This document shows, in pieces, positions 1-10,400 of a DNA stretch of 64,000 bases. This stretch comes from Ranitomeya imitator. Lineage: Eukaryota. The stretch lies in the NCBI RefSeq assembly GCF_032444005.1, contig NC_091283.1:117676001-117740000 (forward strand), read 5' to 3'. Below the pieces are notes generated by a model. The model worked only from the letters and a program-made list of their open reading frames with translations. It did not search any database and was not told the DNA's origin. The position numbers were made by a program, and so were the translations under genes. Numbering within the stretch: the stretch's first letter is position 1; each line of letters opens with the position of its first letter.

Positions 1-1850
1 GGGAGTGAGAGGCTAGTATATGCACTGCGCATGGCCATGGATACCAGGCCCACTGTGGGATCACATTAGACGACACTGCGAGGTGTGATTTCGGGCAGCG
101 TGGACGCACAGGCGCAGCCAGGACGACAACAAATGATGTCAGAGGACGGGCAGCGCAAACTGTGCATGGCCAAGGGATAACATAACAGCGCAGGGTCCAT
201 GACGGAATCAAACAACGCTAAGGAGGCAGCGCACGGTGCCAAGGGGGTAGCAATGACGGCTGTGCTGCGTCACATTACAAAGGAAAGTCCCACCTCCGGG
301 ACGGTTGGACGGTGTGAGGGGACACATTACATGAGTGTGTAGTTCAGCGTTTGCAAGGAGCATAATTTCAAGAGCGACCTTTCCCTTGTGCAGTATTAGT
401 GCTGCACATGGTGGCTCTTTCAGTAACAAACGCCTAGGGGGGGGGGGGGACAGGTCCCCTTACATTTTAGTTGTGCCAGCGTGGCGGTCGCATGACACGT
501 TGCCGGATACACAGCTGGGGATCAGCTGACGTTACTGAACCCCAATAACAGAGGAGCGACTGTTGACTGTGCACACAGCACTTCCAGGCACCAACTGGCG
601 GTGTTAGAGCCCAGGGACAGCAGGAGGAGCAGAGGAACAGAGTGTAGGCCGAAGCCTGATTGGAGCAAGTTGAAAGGAAACCTTTAACCCCCCCCCCCCA
701 AGACGTTTGTAGCTGAAAGAGCCATGTTGTGCAGCACTAAGGATGCAAAAGGAAAAGGTTGCTCTTTTAATTATGCTCCTTGCAAACACCGAAGTAAACA
801 CTAAAAATGTGTCCCTTTATACCGTTAAACCGTTCCGGAGGTGCGAATTTCCTTCGTAATGGGACACAGCACAGCTGTCATTCCTATCCCCTTGATGCCG
901 TGCGCTGCCTCCTCAGCGTTGTTTTAAGCTGCCACGGAGCCTGCGCTGTTCTGTTAGCCCTTGGCCATGCCCAATTAGCGCTGCCTGTCTTCTGACATAA
1001 TTTGGTGTCAGGCTGTCAGTGCCTGTGCGTCCACGCTGCTCCAGATCCCACCTCGCAGTCTCATCTAACGTAATCCCACTGCGGGCCTTGGAACCATGGG
1101 CATGCACAGTGCATAACCTCGACTCTCACTCCCCTCCTTCCCTCTTCTTCAGACTGTGCGGTGTCACGGCCGTGGCATGCTAGGGATCAGCTGACGGCGC
1201 ACAGTCTAAAGAAGGCGGAGGGAAATGAGCGAGAGCCCGAGGGGAAGATATGCACTGCGCATGCCCATGGATCCCAGGCCCGCAGTGTGACTCAATCAGA
1301 AGACACTGCGAGGCGGGATCTCGGGCACCGCGGCCGCACAGGCGCAGCCAGCCTGACACCAAATTATGTCAGAAGACAGGCAGCGCAAATAGGGCATGCC
1401 CAAGGGATAACAGAACAGCGCAGGCTCCGTGACAGCTTAAAACAACGCTGAGGAGGCAGCGCATGGCACCAAGGGGGTAGGAATGACGGCTGTGCTGCGT
1501 CACATTACGAAGGAAAGTCCCAGCTCCGGGACGGTATAACGGTATCAGTGAACACATTTTATAAGTGTTAAGTTCTGCGTGTGCAAAGAGCTAAAAAAAA
1601 AGAGCTACCTTTTCCTTGTGCAGCATTACTGCTGCACAAGATGGCTCTTTCAGTAACAAACGACGGGGGGGGGGGGACAGGTTCCCTTACATTTAGGTTG
1701 TTGTGCCAGCGTGGCGGTCGCAGGACACATTGCCGGCTACACAGCTGGGGATCAGCTGACGTTACTGAAACCCAATAACACTGGGTCGTATGTTTTTACT
1801 GTGCAGCCTGCACTTCTGAGCCGCAACTGGCGGTGTTGGAGCCCAGGAAT
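1..1850. repeat. Alternating-orientation ~450-500 bp modules in the hAT 3' subterminal region
   Basis: 1-~470 resembles ~1240-1700 in direct orientation (e.g. ATGCACTGCGCATG.CCATGGA, GAATGACGGCTGTGCTGCGTCACATTAC). ~670-1130 is the reverse complement of the same module. The ORF track echoes this (807-995+ resembles 1369-1557-; 913-1107- resembles 1161-1451+). Confidence 0.85.
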
Positions 1851-1908
1851 AGCAGTTCAGGTGGTAGAAAGATGAACACAGCAGGAGACCTGGATGACAC
1901 CCAATTAC

Positions 1909-4900
1909 TTAATCAGGCAGAGGAGTGGCAAATTCCTGCGAGATCCAGGCCTGGTTCATTTTCAGGAAAGTAAGCCGGTCAACGTTATCGGAGGATAGTC
2001 GCATGCGACGGTCTGTTAGTACACCACCTGCGGCACTAAAGACACGTTCCGATAAGACACTAGCCGCAGGGCAAGCCAGCACCTCCAATGCATACTGGCT
2101 TAGCTCTGGCCATGTATCCAGCTTAGAGACCCAAAACTTGAACGGGGAAGAGCCGTCTGGGAGTACAGTAAGAGGGCAAGCCATGTAGTCTGTCACCATC
2201 TGACGGAACCGTTGCCTCCTGCTGACTGGAGCCGCCGGTGATGGTGTAGACATTTGGGGCGGGCACACAAAAGTGTGCCAGAGTTGTGCCATACTGGGCT
2301 TGCCTTGGGCAGAGGCACTGCTTCTGCTCCCTCTTTGGGCAGAGCCTCCCCCACTGCCTCGACGCACTGAGCTGCTTTGTAAAGCACTAGCAGCACTCCT
2401 CTCAGTTGGACAGGAGAAGATGATGGAATTCACCAGTGTGTCGTGGTACTCCCGCAATTTACGCTCCCGGGTCAACGCAGGGATGAGGTTTTGGACGTTG
2501 TCCCGGTAGCGAGGATCGAGGAGGGTGAACACCCAATAATCAGGCATGTTGAGAATGTGGTCGATGCGGCGGTCGTTTCTCAGGCACTGCAGCATGAAAT
2601 CCACCATGTGCTGCAGAGTGCCAACCGGCCCAGAAACGCTGTCCCCTGCTTGAGACATGATCTCTGCCCGCTCGTCATCACCCCACCCTCGCTGTACACA
2701 CTGACCACTGGACAATTGTGTCGCTCCCTCCTCTGGACGGAGCTCTTCCTCCTCCATTGACTCCTCCTCATCCTCCTCACAAATTGGCCCCTGCGTACCC
2801 CTTTGTGAGGAACCACGTGGCGCTGACTCTCCAGAAGCTGATGGAAAAGGTGACTCCTCATCCTCCACCTCTTCCACCACATCATCCCTTAACCCTTGCA
2901 AAGTTTGCTGAAGCAGGCAGATAAGGGGGACAGTCATGCTGACTAGTGCATCATCTGCACTTGCCATCCGCGTGGAATAATCAAAAGGACGCAAAACCTG
3001 GCAGACGTCCTTCATAGTGGCCCACTCTGTGGTTGTGAAGTCTGATCGGCGCTGACTGCGACTTCTTTGCGCCTGATGCAGCTGGTACTCCATAACTGCT
3101 TGCTGCTGCTCACACAACCGCTCCAACATATGTAACGTGGAATTCCACCGGGTAGGTAGGTCACATATGATGCGGTGTTCCGGAAGGCGGAATCGGCGCT
3201 GCAGAGCAGCAATGCGGGATCTGGCCAAGCTGGAACGCCGCAAGTGAGCACACTCTAGGCGGACCTTGTGCAGCAGGGCATCAAGATCCGGATAGTCCCT
3301 CAGAAAACTCTGCACAACCAAATTGAGCACATGTGCCAGACATGGGATGTGAGTGAGGTTGCCAAGGGCCAAAGCTGCCACCAGATTTCGGCCATTGTCA
3401 CACACTACCATGCCTGGCTGGAGATTCGCTGGCAGTAACCACACATCGCTCTCCTGCTTTATAGCATTCCAGAGCTCCTGCGCTGTGTGGCTTCGATGCC
3501 CCAATGAAACTAGTTTCAAGACGGCCTGCTGACGTTTGGCCACGGCTGTGCTCATGTCGGTCATAGGTAAACGTTCACGGGTCCATGTGGGGGTGGACTG
3601 TGACGGATCCTGCAGAGAGGAATCAGAGGAACTGGTGTAAGAGGAGGAGTCGATGCGTACAGACTGGATTCCTGCAATCCTTGGAGTGGGCAGGACACGT
3701 CCTGCGCCACTCGCACGATCTGTACCTGGCTCAACAACATTAACCCAATGGGCAGTGAGGGAAACATATCGCCCCTGTCCATGCTGACTGGTCCACGCAT
3801 CGGTGGTGAGGTGGACCTTGCTACTGACGGCGTTCAGTAGCGCATGTTTTATGTTTGCCTCAACATGCCTGTGCAGGGCAGGGACAGCCTGCCTGCTGAA
3901 GTAAAAGCGGCTGGGCACCTTGTACTGTGGGACTGCCAATGCCATCAAGTCACGGAAGCTGTCAGTCTCCACCAGCCTGAACGAGAGCATTTCCAGGGAC
4001 AACAGTTTGGCAATGCCTGCATTCAGAGCCTGTGCTCGGGGGTGGTTGGCCGAGAATGCCCGCCTTTTCTCCCATGCCTGTACTACCGATGGCTGTAGAG
4101 TAGACTGGGAGTGTGAGGATGACTGGGAAGGTGGTGCTGTGGGTGGAATTACACAAGGTCTCTGGGAGGAAGCCAAACCAGCTGTGCGTGAGCTGGAGGA
4201 AGAGGCAACACGAGCTGAAGAGGTGGTAGCTGCCGCTGTTGGTTGGCCTACATCTTCAGTGTGTTTCTGTAACTCCACCGCGTGCCTGGTCCGCACATGT
4301 TTCCACATATTTGTGGTATTGAGGTTGCTGACATTTTTCCCTCTTTTTACTTTATGATGACACAGCTTGCATTTGACAAAACAAATGTCATCTGCAACTG
4401 TGTCAAAAAAGGACCAGGCACTGCAAGTCTTGGGAGCGCCCTTTTTGGCTTTGGAAAGAGACAGGCTCCTAACGGGTGCCAAAGTGGAGGCTACAGGCTC
4501 CGCAGTCTTCCCCCTCCCTCTCCCTCTTTGGCCCGTAAGAGGAAGCTCTTCCTCTGAGCTGCTCCCACCACCTTCCTGTTCCTCACGCCACGATGGGTCA
4601 AGGACCTCATCATCTCCACTACCCTCTGCCACCAACTGCTCCTCCTGGGTAGTCTCAGCAGCACAGTACGCACGAGAAAGCGGCACCTGAGTTTCATCAT
4701 CAGATGCGTACTGCGCTGTGGTCACCGGAGGCACTGGCCCACCTGCCTCTTCAGAGTCAGAGAGAAAAAGGTGTTGGGCATCACTGCACACTGCCTCTTC
4801 TTCCATTTCTCCAATGCTGCTTGGCTGGCCCCCTGTTTCCAAGCCAAGAGATTCAGAGAACAGAAGTAGAGACGGCTCCTGTCCTGGGCTCTCTGACTGC

Positions 4901-5217
4901 CTGGCCAATTTGGCAGGTGGTGAAGAGACAGATGGCTGCTCTCCAGTGCTCTGTGCCTGAGAGGATGTGGCACTAACTGAAGTCGATGCCGAGGCGTTAG
5001 CTGCCATCCACCCGACAACGGCTTCAATTTGGTCTTCACGCAGCAGCGGTGCACGGCGCTCTCCGACAAAGCTGCGCATGAAGGACTGTTCCCTGCTGAA
5101 ACTGAGTGACGACGAGTCACCGGCGCCCGCAGCAGGCACAGAATCACCACGTCCTCTCCCTGCTCCTCTCCCTGCTCCGCGCCCACGCCCACGTGCCTTA
5201 CTCCCTGCCCTCTTCAT
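1909..5217 (-). CDS. hAT transposase, 1102 aa (BED zinc finger, DDE catalytic domain, hATC dimerisation domain)
   Basis: BED finger (WSFF..CKLC..HVRTRH); D in HLTTDAW; D in VVCDNGRN; CxxH in HIPCLAHVLNL; PTRWNST; E in ASVLSERVFS; C-terminal RLSSDNVDRLTFLKMN. No stops or frameshifts. Confidence 0.95.
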   Translation of the reverse strand: MKRAGSKARGRGRGAGRGAGRGRGDSVPAAGAGDSSSLSFSREQSFMRSFVGERRAPLLREDQIEAVVGWMAANASASTSVSATSSQAQSTGEQPSVSSPPAKLARQSESPGQEPSLLLFSESLGLETGGQPSSIGEMEEEAVCSDAQHLFLSDSEEAGGPVPPVTTAQYASDDETQVPLSRAYCAAETTQEEQLVAEGSGDDEVLDPSWREEQEGGGSSSEEELPLTGQRGRGRGKTAEPVASTLAPVRSLSLSKAKKGAPKTCSAWSFFDTVADDICFVKCKLCHHKVKRGKNVSNLNTTNMWKHVRTRHAVELQKHTEDVGQPTAAATTSSARVASSSSSRTAGLASSQRPCVIPPTAPPSQSSSHSQSTLQPSVVQAWEKRRAFSANHPRAQALNAGIAKLLSLEMLSFRLVETDSFRDLMALAVPQYKVPSRFYFSRQAVPALHRHVEANIKHALLNAVSSKVHLTTDAWTSQHGQGRYVSLTAHWVNVVEPGTDRASGAGRVLPTPRIAGIQSVRIDSSSYTSSSDSSLQDPSQSTPTWTRERLPMTDMSTAVAKRQQAVLKLVSLGHRSHTAQELWNAIKQESDVWLLPANLQPGMVVCDNGRNLVAALALGNLTHIPCLAHVLNLVVQSFLRDYPDLDALLHKVRLECAHLRRSSLARSRIAALQRRFRLPEHRIICDLPTRWNSTLHMLERLCEQQQAVMEYQLHQAQRSRSQRRSDFTTTEWATMKDVCQVLRPFDYSTRMASADDALVSMTVPLICLLQQTLQGLRDDVVEEVEDEESPFPSASGESAPRGSSQRGTQGPICEEDEEESMEEEELRPEEGATQLSSGQCVQRGWGDDERAEIMSQAGDSVSGPVGTLQHMVDFMLQCLRNDRRIDHILNMPDYWVFTLLDPRYRDNVQNLIPALTRERKLREYHDTLVNSIIFSCPTERSAASALQSSSVRRGSGGGSAQRGSRSSASAQGKPSMAQLWHTFVCPPQMSTPSPAAPVSRRQRFRQMVTDYMACPLTVLPDGSSPFKFWVSKLDTWPELSQYALEVLACPAASVLSERVFSAAGGVLTDRRMRLSSDNVDRLTFLKMNQAWISQEFATPLPD

Positions 5218-5399
5218 CTTGGTTGACAGATAAAGATAAGCAGAAAAGTACTAAGGCCTTAGTGTGCTTATTCCTGTAATGCTCCTCCTAACAGGTGTAA
5301 GAAACACTAATGTTGTAAATTGTGGACTAAACTTTATTATTTTTCAAATGTGGCCTACACAAGTGTAAGTTGTGTTTGGTGAACTTAACCTTTTTTTTG

Positions 5400-6790
5400 G
5401 TGCAGATCGGGCTACAGAGCTAGTTTAAATCACACGGAGACCGTGCAGACAGCCGTAAACGGCGCTGCAAGGCCAAGAAACCCTCCTCTCGGTTATCCTA
5501 TATAGTGTTTTTCCACTATTTAGCTGGATACGAGTGGAAAGACACTAATAGGAATTTTTTTTTTCAAATTTTAAACTGGCTGCACTATTTGAAAAAAAGG
5601 AAATTGTTTTTCAAGGTATGAGGCAGTAACGCACCCTGAGCTGAATCCAACCGGCTATGGCTGCACACAGACTACAGGGTGAGCTGCGCTCACACAGAGA
5701 CCGTGCAGACAGCCGTAAACGGCGCTGCAAGGCCAAAAAACCCTCCTCTAGGTTATCCTATATAGTGTTTTTCCACTATTTAGCTGGATACGAGTGGAAA
5801 GACACTAATAGGAATTTTTTTTTTCAAATTTTAAACAGGCTGCACTATTTGAAAAAAAGGAAAATTTTTCTCAAGGTATGAGCCAGTAACGAACCCTGAG
5901 CTGAATCCAACCGGCTATGGCTGCACACAGACTACAGGGCGAGCTGGGCTCACACGGAGACCGTGCAGACAGCCGTAAACGGCGCTGCAAGGCCAAAAAA
6001 CCCTCCTCTCGGTTATCCTATATAGTGTTTTTCCACTATTTAGCTGGATACGAGTGGAAAGACACTAATAGGAATTTTTTTTTTCAGATTTTAAACAGGC
6101 TGCACTATTTGAAAAAAAGGAAAATTTTTCTCAAGGTATGAGCCAGTAACGAACCCTGAGCTGAATCCAACCGGCTATGGCTGCACACAGACTACAGGGC
6201 GAGCTGGGCTCACACGGAGACCGTGCAGACAGCCGTAAACGGCGCTGCAAGGCCAAAAAACCCTCCTCTCGGTTATCCTATATAGTGTTTTTCCACTATT
6301 TAGCTGGATACGAGTGGAAAGACACTAATAGGAATTTTTTTTTTCAAATTTTAAACAGGCTGCACTATTTGAAAAAAAGGAAAATTTTTCTCAAGGTATG
6401 AGCCAGTAACGAACCCTGAGCTGAATCCAACCGGCTATGGCTGCACACAGACTACAGGGCGAGCTGGGCTCACACGGAGACCGTGCAGACAGCCGTAAAC
6501 GGCGCTGCAAGGCCCAAAAACCCCCCTCTAGGTTATCCTATGTAGTGTTTTTCCACAATAGAGCTGGAGACTGGTGGAAAAACACTAATAGGAAATTTGA
6601 GAAAAAATGTGCAGCAGGCTGCACTAAGAGCAAAAAAGAACAACTGTGTGAGGCAGTGTGAACCCCCCCTGAGCTGAATACAACCGGGTATATGGCTGCA
6701 CACAGACTACAGAGTGAGCTGCACACACACACACACACAGAGACCTTGCAGAACGCTGTTAAAACAGCGCTGCAAGGCAAGAGCAAGGTG
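5400..6790. repeat. 260-bp tandem array (5 full copies plus a degenerate sixth) upstream of the hAT transposase
   Basis: GAGACCGTGCAGACAGCCGTAAACGGCGCTGCAAGGCC recurs every 260 bp. Near-identical 74-aa spurious ORFs start at 5657, 5917, 6177 and 6437. Confidence 0.95.
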
Positions 6791-6921
6791 AACAGTGAAG
6801 AACACACAGCGTTTTGCTAAATTAGCCTTTGGAAAGGAAAATAAAGCAATTAGCTAGCTCGACTGGCCCTCAGTTAGAACACAGCGTCCTGTCCCTAACT
6901 GAAATCACAGCAGAGTGAGCG

Positions 6922-7055
6922 CAAAATGGCGGCAGCGCTTTTTTATAGTGCAGAGTGACATCATTTCAGCAGCCAATCCCAGCCTTGCCAGTACTTACAT
7001 GCCCACCATGCTAAACAGGATGTGCCCACACTTTCATTCATTCCTCATTGGCTGC
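6922..7055. promoter_or_regulatory. Possible hAT promoter motifs (YY1-like CAAAATGGCGGC; CCAAT boxes)
   Basis: CAAAATGGCGGC at 6922-6933; GCCAATC near 6972; CATTGGC near 7047. They lie between the TIR and the tandem array, upstream of the ORF. Motif match only. Confidence 0.35.
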
Positions 7056-7192
7056 TGCGTTCAATTTGAATTCTGGGAACTTCCGATTCCGGTATCCGAT
7101 ACGCGGGAAGTATCGGAATTCAGTATCGGAATTCCGATACCGCAAATATCGGCCGATACCCGATACTTGCGGTATCGGAATGCTCAACACTA

Positions 7193-8208
7193 TTTGTAAT
7201 ATATCCTTTGTTGGCAATGACAGAGGTCAAACGTTTTCTGTAAGTCTTCACAAGGTTGCCACACACTGTTGTTGGTATGTTGGCCCATTCCTAAATGCAG
7301 ATCTCCTCTAGAGCAGTGATGTTTTTGGCTTTTCGCTTGGCAACACGGACTTTCAACTCCCTCCAAAGGTTTTCTATAGGGTTGAGATCTGGAGACTGGC
7401 TAGGCCACTCCAGGACCTTGAAATGCTTCTTACGAAGCCACTCCTTCGTTGCCCTGGCGGTGTGCTTTGGATCATTGTCATGTTGAAAGACCCAGCCACG
7501 TTTCATCTTCAATGCCCTTGCTGATGGAAGGAGGTTTGCACTCAAAATCTCACGATACATGGCCCCATTCATTCTTTCATGTACCCGGATCAGTCGTCCT
7601 GGCCCCTTTGCAGAGAAACACCCTCAAAGCATGATGTTTCCACCACCATGCTTTACAGTAGGTATGGTGTTTGATGGATGCAACTCAGTATTCTTTTTCC
7701 TCCAAACACGACAAGTTGTGTTTCTACCAAACAGTTCCAGTTTGGTTTCATCAGACCATAGGACATTCTCCCAAAACTCCTCTGGATCATCCAAATGCTC
7801 TCTAGCAAACTTCAGACGGGCCCGGACATGTACTGGCTTAAGCAGTGGGACACGTCTGGCACTGCAGGATCTGAGTCCATGGTGGCATAGTGTGTTACTT
7901 ATGGTAGGCCTTGTTACATTGGTCCCAGCTCTCTGCAGTTCATTCACTAGGTCCCCACGCGTGGTTCTGGGATTTTTGGTCACCGTTCTTGTGATCATTC
8001 TGACCCCACGGGGTGGGGTTTTGCGTGGAGCCCCAGATCGAGGGAGATTATCAGTGGTCTCGTATGTCTTCCATTTTCTTATTATTGCTCCCACTGTTGA
8101 TTTCTTCACTCCAAGCTGGTTGGCTATTGCAGATTTAGTCTTCCCAGCCTGGTGCAGGGCTACAATTTTGTTTCTGGTGTCCTTTGACAGCTCTTTGGTC
8201 TTCACCAT
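7193..8208 (-). pseudogene. Tc1 transposase pseudogene with two in-frame premature stops
   Basis: MVKTKELSKD..., [25 protein letters not shown]. ORFs 7624-8208 and 7291-7572 share one frame; stops at 7624-26 (W position) and 7291-93 (E position). Confidence 0.9.
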
Positions 8209-8574
8209 AGTGGAGTTTGGAGTCAGACTGTTTGGGGGTGTGCACAGGTGTCTTTTTATACTGATAACAAGTGTAAACAGGTGCCATTACTACAGGTAAT
8301 GAGTGGAGGAAAGAGGAGACTCTTAAAGAAGAAGTTACAGGTCTGTGAGAGCCAGAAATCTTGATTGTTTGTTTCTGACCAAATACTTATTTTCCACCAT
8401 AATATGCAAATAAAATGTTAAAAAAACAGACAATGTGATTTTCTGGATTTTTTTTCTCAGTTTGTCTCCCATAGTTGAGGTCTACCTATGATGTAAATTA
8501 CAGACGCCTCTCATATTTTTAAGTGGTGGAACTTGCACTATTGCTGACTGACTAAATACTTTTTTGCCCCACTG
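7193..8574 (-). mobile_element. Tc1 (DD34E) transposon interrupted at its 3' end by the hAT
   Basis: Terminus rc CAGTGGGGCAAAAAAGTATTTAGTCAG with TA at 8575-76. The transposase runs to KGYITK, where the hAT is inserted. Confidence 0.92.
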
Positions 8575-8769
8575 TACACACCCATGTCTCATAAGTTGAA
8601 TGTTGCATTGGCATGTTTGTCAATAGGTAAGGCTATTTGTTAGATATAATATATCAACTTATCCTATATTGCCACAAAACGCACATGCACATTGCGTCAA
8701 TGTTGTTATACTGTTGAAATATTTGGCACGTAAGTTGCATAATGTCCTGGTTGCAGGTGTCATTTCCTT

Positions 8770-9045
8770 AACAATCCTTTCAAGGCTGCGGTTATCCCGC
8801 TTGCTTGTGCACCTTTTTCTACTACACTTTTTCCTTCCACTCAACTTTCTATTAATATGATTGGATACAGCACTCTGTGAACAGCTTGCTTCTTTAGCAA
8901 TGATTTTTTGTGGCTTACCCTCCTTGTGGAGTGTGTCAATGACTGCCTTCTGGACATATGTTAAGTCAGCAGTCTTCCCCATGATTGTGGAGCTACTGAA
9001 ACAGACTAAGGGACCTTTTTAAACACTTAAGAAGCCTTTGCACGT
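8770..9045 (-). pseudogene. N-terminal fragment of a second Tc1-family transposase
   Basis: MGKTADLTYVQKAVIDTLHKEGKPQKIIAKEASCSQSAVS...TSKRDNRSLERIV (paired-like HTH). Similarity is lost after ~8770. Confidence 0.75.
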
Positions 9046-9049
9046 TATA

Positions 9050-10400
9050 CAGAGCATAATGTTCAGTGATGAGGCAAACGTTTTGAGGTTAGCCACTTAT
9101 ATGGATATGTACCACTGCCTTTCCCATGACCTTCAGGTTTCATGCATCTTGGCCAAAAAGACTAATAATTGATCGATCTTGGCAAAAAAGACTAATAGTT
9201 GTTCACCCCGCTAGACCCATGCTACAAAAAGAGCCTTGCATCTCTTCTTCCTGAGGCAGAGAGGTCTACTAAAATGGTGCTATAGCAGAAGACCATTGTG
9301 GAAAATATGTTGGAAAATTTCCCATCAGACAACACTAGCGGCAGGGGGTGAGCTTCTTTGCCTAACCAAGGAGGATAGGCAAGTGAAACACACAGCAGAG
9401 GCAAGGGTACACTGTCAAAGGCCAGGGCCAATTTCATGACACCATGCTAGCGTAAAGGGCCCTAAAGACCAGGAATTTTTGACAAGGAGGTAAAAGTTTT
9501 AAAAGATGGTCAAGCAATACCTGGCCAAAACAAAAGCAGCATACTCCCTAAATCATCTGTGACCTTCAGATAATGGGCCTCAAAGCTAGATACCTGCCAT
9601 GAGCTGTCTTCCCATGCCTTGAAAGTGTTGTGCTGCCTTGCCGCTAACATCTTGTCTGAGTGGGTTTTTCATGTCATCAGATTGGTCAAAACAGACAGGC
9701 GCTTTTACCTGTCAACAGAAAGTGCTGACGGGCCCACTCTGATAAAAATGAACAAAGCTTGTATTAACCCCAACTTTCCCACACCACCAGATGGCAGCAT
9801 TTACAAATACATTGTTTTTAATCTTCAATATTTGAATGAGGCCCGCCAGTTGTTGTCTTCAAGGGTTTATGGATTACTGTATTACCATACAAATAATTTT
9901 TTCCTAGTTTTGCACGTTGTGCAAAGCCTTTGTAAGTGTAGGAGTACATCAACTACACTTTTAAAAAATTTTTATGAATCCATCCAGCCTTCAAGGGTCT
10001 ATGGGTGAGCCTGCTTATAGTCTTTTCATGGCTTGCACTGTGAGTAAAGCCTTCATTATTGTAGGAGGACCACAATTATACTCTGTTCACAATATTTGAA
10101 TGAGGTACTACAGTTGGTGTCTTCAAGGGTTTATGGATGACCCTGCTTTTAATTTTTGGCAGGCTTAGCCTTTATGAGTCTCGAAGTTCCACTGCATGAC
10201 TATTTGAACAGAATGTGTGTGAGGCCCTCCTTTATATCTGATACATGGTGTATCCGAGAGTATCCTTCTAATCAACACTTTTTCCATCCATTTTAACATT
10301 TTCATTGCCCCACTCTGCTGGACGTCGGGTCCAGGATTGACAGTATCTCTGCCCTGCCCCAGTCTCGGTTAAGCACAGTATTCAAAAGTATTCACTTATT
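9050..10400 (+). mobile_element. Old degraded hAT 3' relic
   Basis: ~9570-9800 translates to KLDTCHELSSHALKVLCCLAANILSEWVF...TLIKMNKACI, colinear with the hATC domain of the intact hAT (KLDTWPELSQYALEVLACPAASVLSERVF...TFLKMNQAWI). Outer limits approximate. Confidence 0.7.

Larger units (their letters stand above)
1..7192 (-). mobile_element. Autonomous-looking hAT (Ac-type) DNA transposon; its other end lies upstream of the window
   Basis: Ends ...GGAATGCTCAACACTA at 7192 (rc TAGTGTTGAGCATTCC), followed by TTTGTAAT (nTnnnnAn, Ac-type 8-bp target). This end matches the first ~68 bp of the TSD-flanked MITE at 49521. Contains an intact hAT transposase ORF. Confidence 0.92.

Noticed and set aside
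5657-6661. Four near-identical 74-aa ORFs as a small-protein gene cluster
   Set aside because: By-product of the 260-bp tandem array; no recognisable domain.
5400-6790. CRISPR-like array
   Set aside because: Whole units repeat with no unique spacers, the context is eukaryotic, and there are no cas genes.
7559-8299. 246-aa plus-strand ORF
   Set aside because: Antisense shadow of the Tc1 transposase.
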